Shown piece by piece: positions 1-10,000 of a stretch of DNA of 18,175 bases. The translations under genes were made by a program, and so were the position numbers. The DNA comes from a virus. Lineage: Duplodnaviria > Heunggongvirae > Uroviricota > Caudoviricetes. Under the pieces are notes generated by a model that worked only from the letters and a program-made list of their open reading frames with translations, made no database searches and was not told where the DNA came from. Location of the stretch: the IMG/VR virus record IMGVR_UViG_2547132279_000005. One strand, written 5' to 3'. Positions within the stretch are counted from its first letter, which is position 1; the number at the start of each line of letters is the position of its first letter.

Positions 1-1450
<1,450 letters not shown>

Positions 1451-1464
1451 ATTGACAGAAAGCG

Positions 1465-2100
1465 ATGGATAAGGCATTCACCCGCGTGGATGAAACCTTT
1501 GAGGCCATCCGCGACAGCCTGAATCAGCAGGCCATCAATAACATCGCCAGAAAGCTGGCACAGGATTTACGCCGCGCCCAGCAGGCGCGTATCCGGTCAC
1601 AAAAAGCGCCGGACGGGACCGCGTGGACACCACGCAGACGCCGCGTAACCCGGATACAGGAACGCATTCGCTTTATCTGGAATAACGAAGCACGCACGCT
1701 GAAAAACTGGCATCACGACACGGGGAAATACGGGCGAACCATTACCGGGTGGGATGAGGATAAAAATAATATCCGCACGTTTTACCGGGATGACATCGAC
1801 CGTTTTCTGGAAATACGCACCCGGCGCATCAACCAGGACAGCACAAAGCGCGTCCCCATGTTCGTAAAACTGCGCACCGCCCGCTACCTGAAAGCCCGTG
1901 CAGATGCTTCCGGTGTGACGGTGGGTTACAGCGGCGTGGCCGCACGTATTGCCCGCGTTCATCAGTTCGGTGAGCGCGATCAGGTTGCGCCGGGCATTTT
2001 CACCGATTACCCGGTACGTGAGCTGCTGGGTATCAGCCAGGCAGATGAGCGCCTGATTTATAACACGGTGCTGGGCCGGATTGCGGAGGCTGTACGGTGA
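1465..2100 (+). CDS. Phage virion morphogenesis / tail completion protein (P2 gpS, Mu G family), possibly N-terminally altered by the IS insertion
   Basis: 211-aa ORF immediately upstream of and overlapping V (ggTGAgcg), which is the position of S in the P2 order R-S-V. An APDGTAWTP stretch resembles the conserved motif of this family. An in-frame stop at 1453-1455 lies inside the predicted IS end. Confidence 0.55.
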   Translation: MDKAFTRVDETFEAIRDSLNQQAINNIARKLAQDLRRAQQARIRSQKAPDGTAWTPRRRRVTRIQERIRFIWNNEARTLKNWHHDTGKYGRTITGWDEDKNNIRTFYRDDIDRFLEIRTRRINQDSTKRVPMFVKLRTARYLKARADASGVTVGYSGVAARIARVHQFGERDQVAPGIFTDYPVRELLGISQADERLIYNTVLGRIAEAVR

Positions 2101-2678
2101 GCGCAGAACTCATGCGACTGCTGAGCAATATCATCCGCACCGGGATCATCTCTGAAGTTGATGAGAAGTCCTGGCGCGTGCGCGTTCGCAGCGGCGAACT
2201 GGAAACAGGCTGGTTGCGCTGGAACACCACGCGCGCGGGAGCCTTCAATGTGTGGCTGCCGCCATCACCAGGCGAACAGGTGGTAATTGCCTGCATTGGC
2301 GGCAACCCGGAAACCGCCATGATAATTGGCAGCCTGTGGAGTGATACCAGTCCGGCACCCGGCAAAAGCCTGAAAGAAATCGTGATCAGCGCGCCGGACG
2401 GCGCGGTGTTCCGCTACGACGCGGACGCAGGCGCACTGAGCGCCAGCGGCATGAAAACGGCCACCCTGCAGGCATCCGTCAGCGTGAAACTGGATACGCC
2501 CGTCGTGGAATGCACAAACCTTCTGAGAACGGCGACGCTTGACGTCACAAAAGGAGGAAAGATGAGCGGCAATATCACGCACAGCGGCGGCAACTTCACC
2601 TCAAACGGCATTACCGTGCATACGCATAAACACGGTGGCGTGAAAGGCGGCGGCGATTCGACAGGAGGCCCGCAGTGA
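2097..2678 (+). CDS. V: Baseplate assembly / spike protein gpV
   Basis: 193 aa. Motifs IIRTGIISEVD, PDGAV and TKGGKMSGNITHSGG...SNGITVHTHKH match the P2 gpV pattern (NMIRTGII...VQKGGTMRGNIEHTGG...HTHKH). GTG start overlaps the upstream stop. Confidence 0.9.
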   Translation: MSAELMRLLSNIIRTGIISEVDEKSWRVRVRSGELETGWLRWNTTRAGAFNVWLPPSPGEQVVIACIGGNPETAMIIGSLWSDTSPAPGKSLKEIVISAPDGAVFRYDADAGALSASGMKTATLQASVSVKLDTPVVECTNLLRTATLDVTKGGKMSGNITHSGGNFTSNGITVHTHKHGGVKGGGDSTGGPQ

Positions 2679-3025
2679 CAACCCGCTACACAGGAATGAA
2701 CCCGGACGGAACGGGAAACCTGAATGATATGGAGCACCTGAAACAGTCAGTCAGGGACATCCTGACCACCCCGCTGGCAAGCCGGGTTATGCGACGGGAA
2801 TATGGCAGCCTTGTGCCTGATTTGATTGACGAACCCATGAATAACACCACGCGTCTGCAATGCATGAGTGCTGCCGTGATTGCGCTGACACGATGGGAAC
2901 CCCGCATTGCCCTGGATGCCATCGACGTTGTCTGGAAAGCGGGAGGCCGCGCCGGGGTGACACTGTCGGGCACTGTCATGCAGACCATGCAGAATGTTGA
3001 GTTAACCATCACGCTGAGGGAGTAA
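2675..3025 (+). CDS. W: Baseplate wedge protein gpW (gp25-like)
   Basis: 116 aa, similar to P2 gpW (MTARYLGMN...SRVMRRDYGS...WEPR). GTG start overlaps the V stop. Confidence 0.9.
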   Translation: MTTRYTGMNPDGTGNLNDMEHLKQSVRDILTTPLASRVMRREYGSLVPDLIDEPMNNTTRLQCMSAAVIALTRWEPRIALDAIDVVWKAGGRAGVTLSGTVMQTMQNVELTITLRE

Positions 3026-3028
3026 ATC

Positions 3029-3936
3029 ATGCCCGCCGTTGACCTTTCCCAGTTACCGGAACCCGCCATCATCGCGGAGCCTGACTTTGAAGCAATTCTG
3101 GCTGACACAAAAGCCATGATGATTGCGTCCTATCCCGCCGAACAGCGTGAAGCCGTTTCCGCCGCACTGGAGCTGGAATCGGAACCCCTTAACGTTATCG
3201 CTCAAACCATGTCGTTTCGTGAAATGCTGTTACGCCAGCGGGTCAATGAGGGTGCACGCGCCTGCATGTTAAGCCACAGCGCCGGGACAAACCTGGACAA
3301 CCTCGCAGGCAATATGAACACAAAGCGCCTGGTTATCACTCCGGCAACGGATACCACCGACGCAGTGATGGAAAGTGACACCTCGCTGAGACTGCGGGCG
3401 CAACGGGCGTATGACGGTCTGAGTGTTGCTGGCCCGTCAGGTGCATACGAGTATTTTGCACGCAGCGCCAGCGGTCTGGTACGCGACGCGCGGGCCATCA
3501 GTCCGTCTCCGGCAAATGTGACGGTTTCCATCCTGTCCACTGACTGTCCACTGAAGGCGACGGCACAGCAACGGAGGCGTTGCTTAATACCGTTCGCGCC
3601 GTTCTGAATGCAGAGGATACCCGCCCGGTGGCCGACCGCCTGACCGTACAGAGTGCCAGAATCGTGACATGGCGGCTGAATGCAAAACTGTACTTTTACC
3701 CCGGCCCGGAATCCGAACCTATTCTGGCCGCGGCTGAATCGTCGTTCAGGAAGTGGCTGGCTGAGCAGGGGCTTATCGGTCAGGACGTGGCGTTGTCCGC
3801 CATTGCTGCCGCACTGCATGTGCACGGTGTGCAACGCGTGGAGATAATCGAACCCACACAGAATATGGCCATCAGCGACATACAGGCGGCGCGCTGTGAG
3901 TCGTTCACCATCAGCGAAGGTGGGCGCAATGAGTAA
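3029..3936 (+). pseudogene. J: Baseplate protein gpJ, disrupted by an 11-bp tandem duplication causing a frameshift
   Basis: The J homologue is split between ORF 3029..3607 and ORF 3580..3936. CTGTCCACTGA occurs twice in perfect tandem at 3533-3543 and 3544-3554. Deleting one copy restores a single 299-codon frame reading ...VTVSILSTEGDGTATEALLNTVRAVLNAEDTRPVADRLTVQ..., colinear with P2 gpJ (...VTISVLS...VRPVADRVTVQ...). Confidence 0.85.
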
Positions 3937-4459
3937 TTCACTGTTACCACCATCAGCCAGCAGTTTCATGCGTTGTGCCGAAGCTGTCGGAACGCGCATT
4001 ACAGACATCCCGGTAGACCTCAACACGCTGTGGTCGCCGGACACCTGCCCGGTGCACCTGCTGCCTTATCTCGCCTGGGCATTTTCCGTTGACCGTTGGG
4101 ATCGCAACTGGCCGGAAGAGGCAAAACGACAGGTGATTCGTGATGCATGGCTGATACACCGACACAAAGGGACCATCAGCGCACTGCGCAGGGCCATTGA
4201 GCCGCTGGGATACCTCATTCGCGTGTCTGAGTGGTGGGAGTTCGGCGGAGAACCGGGAACATTTACCGTTGAAGTCGGCACACTGGACAGTGGCGTGACG
4301 GAGGAAATGTATCTGGAAATGGAGCGGTTGATTGCTGATGCCCGTCCGGTCAGCCGCCACATGACAGGGCTGAATATCATTCAGGAAATTCCGGGGGATA
4401 TTTTTGCAGCGGCGGCAACTTATGACGGTGAAGTTATTACCATTTATCCGGACGATTAA
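3929..4459 (+). CDS. I: Baseplate protein gpI
   Basis: Starts at ATG 3929, overlapping the J stop. WSPDTCPVHLLPYLAWAFSVDRWD and KRQVIRDAW...HKGTI...EMERLIADA closely match P2 gpI (WNPDTCPANLLPWLAWAFSVDRWD...). Confidence 0.9.
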   Translation: MSNSLLPPSASSFMRCAEAVGTRITDIPVDLNTLWSPDTCPVHLLPYLAWAFSVDRWDRNWPEEAKRQVIRDAWLIHRHKGTISALRRAIEPLGYLIRVSEWWEFGGEPGTFTVEVGTLDSGVTEEMYLEMERLIADARPVSRHMTGLNIIQEIPGDIFAAAATYDGEVITIYPDD

Positions 4460-4461
4460 GC

Positions 4462-6756
4462 ATGAGTACCACAACACGAAAATTTAAAACCGTTATCACC
4501 GATACAGGTGCCAAAAAATTAGCTCAGGCAGCCGCGCCAGATGGTAAGCCTGTTCGCCTGACTCATATGGCCGTGGGCGACGGTGGCGGCACGTTGCCCA
4601 CACCAGACAGTAAGCAGACCCGTCTGGTGCATGAGGTGTGGCGACACACAGTTAATCGCGTCATCCTGGACGCAACACATCAGAACCGCATTATTGCGGA
4701 GCTGGTTATTCCTCCTGAAACGGGCGGATTCTGGATCCGGGAAATTGGTGTATTTGATGAGCACGGCGATTTAATCGCGGTGGGCAATACTGCCGAAAGT
4801 TACAAGCCAGCCGTTGCTGAAGGGTCCGGTCGTGCACAAACATTTCGCACCATTCTGACCGTATCCAGCACGGCCACCGTGGCGCTTACCGTGGATAACA
4901 CCATGGTGATGGCCACAGTGGATTACGTGGATGACAAACTGAAAGAGCATGAACAGTCACGACGTCACCCGGACGCCTCGCTGACCGCAAAAGGCTTTGT
5001 TCAACTCAGTAGCGCCACTAACAGCGTGTCTGAAACGCAGGCTGCAACGCCGAAAGCGGTTAAGGCCGCATATGACCTGGCTAACGGAAAATATACCGCT
5101 CAGGACGCCACGACGGCACGAAAAGGCCTTGTCCAGCTCAGTAGCGCCACCAACAGCACGTCTGAAACGCAGGCTGCAACGCCGAAAGCAGTAAAGGCCG
5201 CGTATGACCTTGCTAACGCAAAATATACCGCTCAGGACGCCACGACGGCACAAAAAGGGATAGTCCAGCTCAGTAGTGCCACCAACAGCACGTCTGAAAC
5301 ACTGGCCGCGACATCGAAAGCGGTTAAGGCGGTAATGGATGAAACGAACAAGAAAGCGCCCTTAAACAGTCCTGCGCTGACCGGAACGCCAACAACACCA
5401 ACTGCGCGACAGGGAACGAATAATACCCAAATCGCAAGCACGGCTTTCGTTATGGCTGCGATTGCCGCCCTTGTAGATTCGTCACCTGACGCACTGAATA
5501 CGCTGAACGAGTTAGCGGCGGCGCTGGGAAACGACCCGAATTTTGCGACCACCATGACTAACGCGCTTGCGGGTAAGCAACCGAAAGATGCCACCCTGAC
5601 GGCGCTGGCCGGGCTTGCTACTGCGGCAGACAAGTTTCCGTATTTTACGGGGAATGATGTCGCCAGCCTGGCAACCCTGACAAAAGTCGGGCGGGATATT
5701 CTTGCGAAATCGACCGTTGCTGCCGTTATCGAATACCTCGGTTTACAGGAAACGGTAAACAGGGCTGGTAACGCCGTGCAAAAAAATGGCGATACCTTGT
5801 CCGGTGGGCTTACTTTTGAAAACGACTCAATCCTTGCCTGGATTCGAAATACTGACTGGGCAAAGATTGGTTTTAAAAATGATGCCGATAGCGATACTGA
5901 TTCATACATGTGGTTTGAAACAGGCGACAACGGCAATGAATATTTCAAATGGAGAAGCAAACAAAGCACCACAACAAAAGACCTGATGAATCTTAAATGG
6001 GATGCTTTGTCTGTTCTTGTTAAAGCCCTTTTCAGCAGTGAAGTAAAAATATCGACAGTCAATGCACTGAGGATATTTAATTCATCTTTTGGTGCCATTT
6101 TTCGCCGTTCTGAAGAATGCCTGCATATCATCCCTACACGAGAGAATGAGGGGGAAAATGGCGATATAGGGCCGCTACGCCCCTTTACGCTTAATCTCAG
6201 AACTGGTCGCATAAATATGGGGCATGGTCTGGATGTTACAGGAGATATAACAACTAACGCATGGGTGTACGCAAACCGCCTTGCAATTAACAGCAGTACA
6301 GGCATGTGGATTCATATGCGTGACCAGAATGTTATTTTTGGACGTAATGCGGTATCCACTGATGGTGCTCAGGCTTTGCTCCGTCAGGACCATGCCGACC
6401 GCAAATTTATGATTGGCGGTCTGGGAAATAAGCAATTTGGCATCTACATGATTAATAACTCAAGGACAGCCAATGGCACCGATGGTCAGGCGTACATGGA
6501 CAATAACGGTAACTGGCTTTGCGGTGCGCAAATTATTCCCGGAAATTATGGCAATTTTGACTCACGCTATGTGAGAGATGTCCGACTTGGCACACGTGTT
6601 GTTCGATTGATGGCGCGTGGAGGGCGTTATGAAATAGCCGGACACGCACTTACCGGATTAAGGATTATTGGTGAAGTTGATGGCGATGATGAAGCTATCT
6701 TCAGGCCGATACAAAAATACATCAATGGCATATGGTATAACGTCGCACAGGTGTAA
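4462..6756 (+). CDS. H: Tail fibre protein gpH (constant N-terminal part fused to the currently expressed variable C-terminal segment)
   Basis: 764 aa. The N-terminus (MSTTTRKFKTVITDTGAKKLAQAA) and overall architecture are gpH-like, with 44-aa tandem repeats. The gix-like crossover site lies in frame at codons VIEYLGLQE (5725-5751). The C-terminus ends ...RPIQKYINGIWYN.., the same motif as the alternative cassette. Confidence 0.9.
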   Translation: MSTTTRKFKTVITDTGAKKLAQAAAPDGKPVRLTHMAVGDGGGTLPTPDSKQTRLVHEVWRHTVNRVILDATHQNRIIAELVIPPETGGFWIREIGVFDEHGDLIAVGNTAESYKPAVAEGSGRAQTFRTILTVSSTATVALTVDNTMVMATVDYVDDKLKEHEQSRRHPDASLTAKGFVQLSSATNSVSETQAATPKAVKAAYDLANGKYTAQDATTARKGLVQLSSATNSTSETQAATPKAVKAAYDLANAKYTAQDATTAQKGIVQLSSATNSTSETLAATSKAVKAVMDETNKKAPLNSPALTGTPTTPTARQGTNNTQIASTAFVMAAIAALVDSSPDALNTLNELAAALGNDPNFATTMTNALAGKQPKDATLTALAGLATAADKFPYFTGNDVASLATLTKVGRDILAKSTVAAVIEYLGLQETVNRAGNAVQKNGDTLSGGLTFENDSILAWIRNTDWAKIGFKNDADSDTDSYMWFETGDNGNEYFKWRSKQSTTTKDLMNLKWDALSVLVKALFSSEVKISTVNALRIFNSSFGAIFRRSEECLHIIPTRENEGENGDIGPLRPFTLNLRTGRINMGHGLDVTGDITTNAWVYANRLAINSSTGMWIHMRDQNVIFGRNAVSTDGAQALLRQDHADRKFMIGGLGNKQFGIYMINNSRTANGTDGQAYMDNNGNWLCGAQIIPGNYGNFDSRYVRDVRLGTRVVRLMARGGRYEIAGHALTGLRIIGEVDGDDEAIFRPIQKYINGIWYNVAQV
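4989..5340 (+). repeat. About three tandem copies of a 132-bp (44-aa) coding repeat inside H
   Basis: Units begin near 4989, 5121 and 5252 and encode KG(F/L/I)VQLSSATNS(V/T)SETQAATPKAVKAAYDLAN(G/A)KYTAQDATTA(R/Q); the third copy is diverged. Confidence 0.85.
5726..5751. promoter_or_regulatory. Left gix/hix-like invertase crossover site, inside H
   Basis: TTATCGAATACCTCGGTTTACAGGAA matches the reverse complement of the site at 8797-8822 at 24 of 26 positions, and has the two-half-site layout around a central dinucleotide seen in Gin/Hin/Cin sites. Confidence 0.85.
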
Positions 6757-6759
6757 ATT

Positions 6760-7287
6760 ATGCAGCATTTAAAAAATATTAAGTCTGGAAATCCAAAAAC
6801 AAAAGAACAATATCAGCTAACAAAGAATTTTGATGTTATCTGGTTATGGTCCGAAGACGGAAAAAACTGGTATGAGGAAGTGAAAAACTTTCAGCCAGAC
6901 ACAATAAAGATTGTTTACGATGCAAATAATATTATTGTCGCCATCACCAAAGATGCCTCCACGCTTAACCCTGAAGGTTATAGCGTCGTTGAGGTTCCTG
7001 ATATTACAGCTAATCGTCGTGCTGATGATTCCGGTAAGTGGATATTTAAGGACGGAGCTGTGGTTAAACGGATTTATACGGCAGACGAGCAACAACAACA
7101 GGCCGAATCACAAAAGGCCGCGTTACTTTCCGAAGCAGAAAACGTTATTCAGCCACTGGAACGCGCTGTCAGGCTGAATATGGCGACGGATGAGGAACGC
7201 GCACGACTGGAGTCATGGGAACGCTATAGTGTTCTGGTCAGCCGTGTGGATACGGCAAATCCTGAATGGCCACAAAAGCCTGAATAA
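6760..7287 (+). CDS. G: Tail fibre assembly chaperone (P2 gpG / Mu U / Tfa family), paired with the current fibre C-terminus
   Basis: 175 aa, immediately downstream of H. The N-terminus [24 protein letters not shown] is paralogous to the minus-strand gene at 7316..7849. Confidence 0.85.
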   Translation: MQHLKNIKSGNPKTKEQYQLTKNFDVIWLWSEDGKNWYEEVKNFQPDTIKIVYDANNIIVAITKDASTLNPEGYSVVEVPDITANRRADDSGKWIFKDGAVVKRIYTADEQQQQAESQKAALLSEAENVIQPLERAVRLNMATDEERARLESWERYSVLVSRVDTANPEWPQKPE

Positions 7288-7292
7288 AAATT

Positions 7293-7312
7293 AAGGCCCG
7301 ATAGCGGGCCTT
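7293..7312. terminator. Bidirectional hairpin terminator between the convergent tfa genes
   Basis: AAGGCCCG-ATAG-CGGGCCTT stem-loop, flanked by an A-run upstream and a T-rich tract downstream, between the stops of the two convergent chaperone genes. Confidence 0.6.
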
Positions 7313-7315
7313 GTT

Positions 7316-7849
7316 TCATTCTGGTTGTTCTGGAAACGTTACTGGCAGGCTGTAGGTGTCTGTGGATTCGACCTTCTGCGCATAGAGCATCCACTCGGTT
7401 AATTTTTGTTTATTCTCGTCGGAAATGATACCCAGCCGTAGCTGTGAGTCCCATAGCTGGGTTTTATCCCTGACAAGTTGCAACAGGCTTTGCTTTTCAT
7501 TCTCTGCCTGCTGCCTCTGTTCCTCCTCGGTATAAGTTCGCTTTATCACTACGCCATCTTTGAACATCCATTTACCCGAAATATCAGCCCGGCGATTTGC
7601 TGTAATATCAGGTAATTCAACGACGCTTGCGCCTTCTGGATTAATTGCTGAAACATCCTTTTCAATACAAATAATAACGCCGTTACGGTCATAGACCATT
7701 TTCAACGTATCAGGCTGAAAGTTCTTTTGTTCCTCATACCAGTTTTTTCCATCATCTGAATAAAGCCATTTGATGTTAAATTGTTTCGTTAGCTGGTATT
7801 GCTCTTTTGTTTTAGGGTTGCCAGCAGTAATGTTTTTTAAGTGCATCAT
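7316..7849 (-). CDS. Alternative tail fibre assembly chaperone (Tfa'/U'-like)
   Basis: 177 aa. N-terminus [24 protein letters not shown] and central [10 protein letters not shown] are paralogous to the plus-strand tfa. Lies immediately downstream of the alternative fibre segment. Confidence 0.85.
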   Translation of the reverse strand: MMHLKNITAGNPKTKEQYQLTKQFNIKWLYSDDGKNWYEEQKNFQPDTLKMVYDRNGVIICIEKDVSAINPEGASVVELPDITANRRADISGKWMFKDGVVIKRTYTEEEQRQQAENEKQSLLQLVRDKTQLWDSQLRLGIISDENKQKLTEWMLYAQKVESTDTYSLPVTFPEQPE

Positions 7850-7851
7850 AA

Positions 7852-8796
7852 TTAAATACTCCCCGCGTTATACCACCTTCCATTAATGCAATACTGAATT
7901 GGCCTTGCCTGAGTTGTATCAATTAATTCATCACGGTTTCCGTTAACTGAACCCGTAACGACATAACCTGACCTGTCAGACCAGCCGGGACCATTCCATG
8001 TCTGAACAGATGACAGACCGCCCAGGCGAATACCTGTAATAAACCTTGAGTTACATTCTGCCTGCGTATATGCACCAACATCCCCCGCAGAGGGTTTGCG
8101 GGTTGTGGTGTAAAACTCTGACCAGTTAGCTTCAAAGCCATAACCATCACGCGCTGAACGATAAAAGATACCGCCGTTTTTATAATTCACGCGGAACTGT
8201 ACAGCAGGGCAACTCCCCGCATTCATATTAAAGTGGAGGATTAATGTCGATGCGCCACTGATATCTGCATCATAAACGCCGCTATTCCAGTTCCAGCCAA
8301 CAGCTTTATCATTTGCAACCCTGCTTCCTGTTTGCCCTAAAGCAAATGCAGGCTGCTGGTTTTTCGTGTTGTAGTCTCGTCGCCAGCCAGGAGCATAAGC
8401 ATCACCATGATTAATATAGGTGAATTGAGCGTTAGTAATTCCGCCACCGCTGGATGTACTCGGCGTAGTAACGCGTATGGTCATTGCGCCGCGAGTGCCA
8501 ATAACTTCCACCACAGCACCTGCAAGACAAATATTTCCGCAACCTGTATCTGTAATGACCTTATTGTTTGCATAAGCCCATGAGCCTTTGCACATCCAGT
8601 AAGGATGGTTAAATGCCCCCTGACTCTCCAGCCACGAAATGAATTGTGCGGTTGTCCAGGTCTGACTATCGCCACCAATATTCAGCCATGCGCTATATGC
8701 GCGGCAGGCACCAATATTTTTGGTGAAGGTATCTTTTCCTGGAATATCTGCGCCGTTCTGTTTTTTCTGTAATGCACCAGAAGCCTGATTTACCGT
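7852..8796 (-). CDS. Promoterless alternative tail-fibre C-terminal segment (Hv'), expressed only after inversion fuses it to the constant part of H
   Basis: The minus-strand frame is open from the right crossover site (8797-8822) to the stop at 7852. Reading across the site gives ...QETVNQASGALQKKQNGADIP...MCKGSWAYANNKV..., in frame with H codons ...VIEYLGLQE. It ends ...RPIQYCINGRWYN.., like the current C-terminus. Confidence 0.8.
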   Translation of the reverse strand, partial: TVNQASGALQKKQNGADIPGKDTFTKNIGACRAYSAWLNIGGDSQTWTTAQFISWLESQGAFNHPYWMCKGSWAYANNKVITDTGCGNICLAGAVVEVIGTRGAMTIRVTTPSTSSGGGITNAQFTYINHGDAYAPGWRRDYNTKNQQPAFALGQTGSRVANDKAVGWNWNSGVYDADISGASTLILHFNMNAGSCPAVQFRVNYKNGGIFYRSARDGYGFEANWSEFYTTTRKPSAGDVGAYTQAECNSRFITGIRLGGLSSVQTWNGPGWSDRSGYVVTGSVNGNRDELIDTTQARPIQYCINGRWYNAGSI

Positions 8797-8822
8797 TTCC
8801 TGTAAACCGAGGTTTTAGATAA
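8797..8822. promoter_or_regulatory. Right gix/hix-like invertase crossover site
   Basis: TTCCTGTAAACCGAGGTTTTAGATAA closely matches the remembered Mu/P1 gix-cix sequence (TTCCTGTAAACCGAGGTTTTGGATAA). It lies about 55 bp upstream of the invertase start, as in Mu. Confidence 0.85.
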
Positions 8823-8876
8823 TGGCCGTTTCTGGCCTGCATGGCATGATTTGCGCTTTTGGACGGGAGATTCAGT

Positions 8877-9464
8877 GTGCTGATTGGCTATGTAAGGGTA
8901 TCAACAAATGACCAGAATACAGACCTGCAACGAAACGCTCTTGTTTGTGCAGGATGTGAACAGATATTTGAAGATAAATTAAGCGGGACAAAGACAGACC
9001 GACCGGGATTAAAACGCGCTTTAAAGCGCCTTCAAAAAGGTGACACGCTGGTTGTCTGGAAACTGGATCGCCTCGGGCGAAGCATGAAACATCTGATTTC
9101 TCTCGTCGGGGAACTACGGGAGCGAGGGATTAATTTTCGCAGTCTGACCGACAGCATAGATACATCTTCTCCAATGGGGCGTTTTTTCTTCCACGTGATG
9201 GGGGCCCTGGCTGAAATGGAACGTGAATTAATTGTTGAACGTACACTGGCCGGACTGGCGGCAGCGCGCGCACGGGGGCGCACAGGCGGACGTCGACCGA
9301 AGCTGACAAAAGAACAGCATGAGCAAATAGCAAGGCTGATTAAAAACGGTCACGACAGAAAACAACTGGCAATAATTTACGGCATTGGTATATCGACGAT
9401 TTATCGTTACCACCCCGCAGGAGAACCAAGCGGAACAATTGAGAAGAGTCAGGAAACAAAATAA
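8877..9464 (+). CDS. Site-specific DNA invertase, serine recombinase of the Hin/Gin/Cin/Pin family
   Basis: LIGYVRVSTNDQNTDLQRNAL...GDTLVVWKLDRLGRSMKHL...MGRFFFHVMGALAEMERELIVERTLAGLAAARARGRTGGRRPKLT is near-identical in pattern to Hin/Gin, including the catalytic serine in VRVST. GTG 8877 is preferred as the start; the ORF track begins at TTG 8859. Confidence 0.9.
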   Translation: MLIGYVRVSTNDQNTDLQRNALVCAGCEQIFEDKLSGTKTDRPGLKRALKRLQKGDTLVVWKLDRLGRSMKHLISLVGELRERGINFRSLTDSIDTSSPMGRFFFHVMGALAEMERELIVERTLAGLAAARARGRTGGRRPKLTKEQHEQIARLIKNGHDRKQLAIIYGIGISTIYRYHPAGEPSGTIEKSQETK

Positions 9465-9494
9465 CCGCTAATCTGACCATTAGCGGTTTTTGTG
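9464..9494. terminator. Bidirectional rho-independent terminator between the invertase (+) and U (-)
   Basis: ACCGCTAAT-CTGACC-ATTAGCGGT stem-loop followed by TTTTGTG on the plus strand and by a T-rich run on the minus strand, between two convergent stop codons. Confidence 0.75.
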
Positions 9495-9499
9495 TTAAA

Positions 9500-9994
9500 T
9501 CAGAACATCCCTTTAACTGAACTGGCCGCGCTGTTAAGAGATGATGTCACCTTATCTTTGAAGCCGGACAGCATATCGCTGAATGATGAGGATTGCAGGC
9601 GCTCCCGCAAATCCTCATCACAGCGTTCAAGTGTCAGTGAAAATTCTATCTTTTTCGCCTTACCGTAGCGATCAAACTCGGAACGGGTCGTATTCGTTCC
9701 GGTCAGGACATACATGCCGTAAATCTGCCCGACACCATCAATCAGAGGCCAGGGGCGTCCTGTATATGCCTGCGTGGTCAGCAGCGAAAGCGACACTTCG
9801 CCACCTGTAATTTCAGGATAAAGCACGCCAGAAAGCACGATGCGATCATCACCTGCACCGATATACTGCCAGCTTGCTGAGCGGTTTACGCGCTCATTTT
9901 TCACATGCCGCCAGCTTTTGTTTTGCTGTAACTGCTGATGCGGCAATGTGCGCAGCTCAAAAACAAACATGCCGTAGATCATCATCATGGCCAT
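9500..9994 (-). CDS. U: Tail protein gpU
   Basis: 164 aa. MAMMMIYGMFVFELRTLPHQQLQQNKSWRH...LSGVLYPEITGG matches P2 gpU (MMMVLGLFVFMLRTVPYQELQYQRSWRH...LSGVLLPEVTGG). The start overlaps the T stop. Confidence 0.9.
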   Translation of the reverse strand: MAMMMIYGMFVFELRTLPHQQLQQNKSWRHVKNERVNRSASWQYIGAGDDRIVLSGVLYPEITGGEVSLSLLTTQAYTGRPWPLIDGVGQIYGMYVLTGTNTTRSEFDRYGKAKKIEFSLTLERCDEDLRERLQSSSFSDMLSGFKDKVTSSLNSAASSVKGMF

Positions 9995-10000
9995 GACTCC

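Larger units (their letters stand above)
5726..8822. other. Invertible tail-fibre segment (G-segment-like, about 3.1 kb)
   Basis: Bounded by inverted 26-bp gix-like sites. Contains the current fibre C-terminus plus chaperone on the plus strand and a promoterless alternative C-terminus plus chaperone on the minus strand. A serine invertase gene is immediately adjacent. Confidence 0.85.

Noticed and set aside
3202-4044. 280-aa minus-strand ORF antisense to J and I
   Set aside because: It is antisense to two genes with strong P2 gpJ and gpI similarity, and has no start context or recognisable domain.
4989-5340. Tandem repeats in H considered as a possible CRISPR array
   Set aside because: The 132-bp units are near-identical to each other with no unique spacers. 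They are in frame within H and encode a repeated peptide.
5232-6305. 357-aa minus-strand ORF antisense to the tail fibre gene H
   Set aside because: It lies entirely inside and antisense to a well-supported gpH coding region. The translation is low-complexity with no recognisable motifs. Most likely a chance open frame.
8859-8876. TTG start at 8859 for the invertase, as given in the ORF track
   Set aside because: Hin/Gin-family invertases begin about 6 residues before the VRVST motif. GTG 8877 (MLIGYVRVST) fits this better; the upstream extension would overlap the region next to the gix site.
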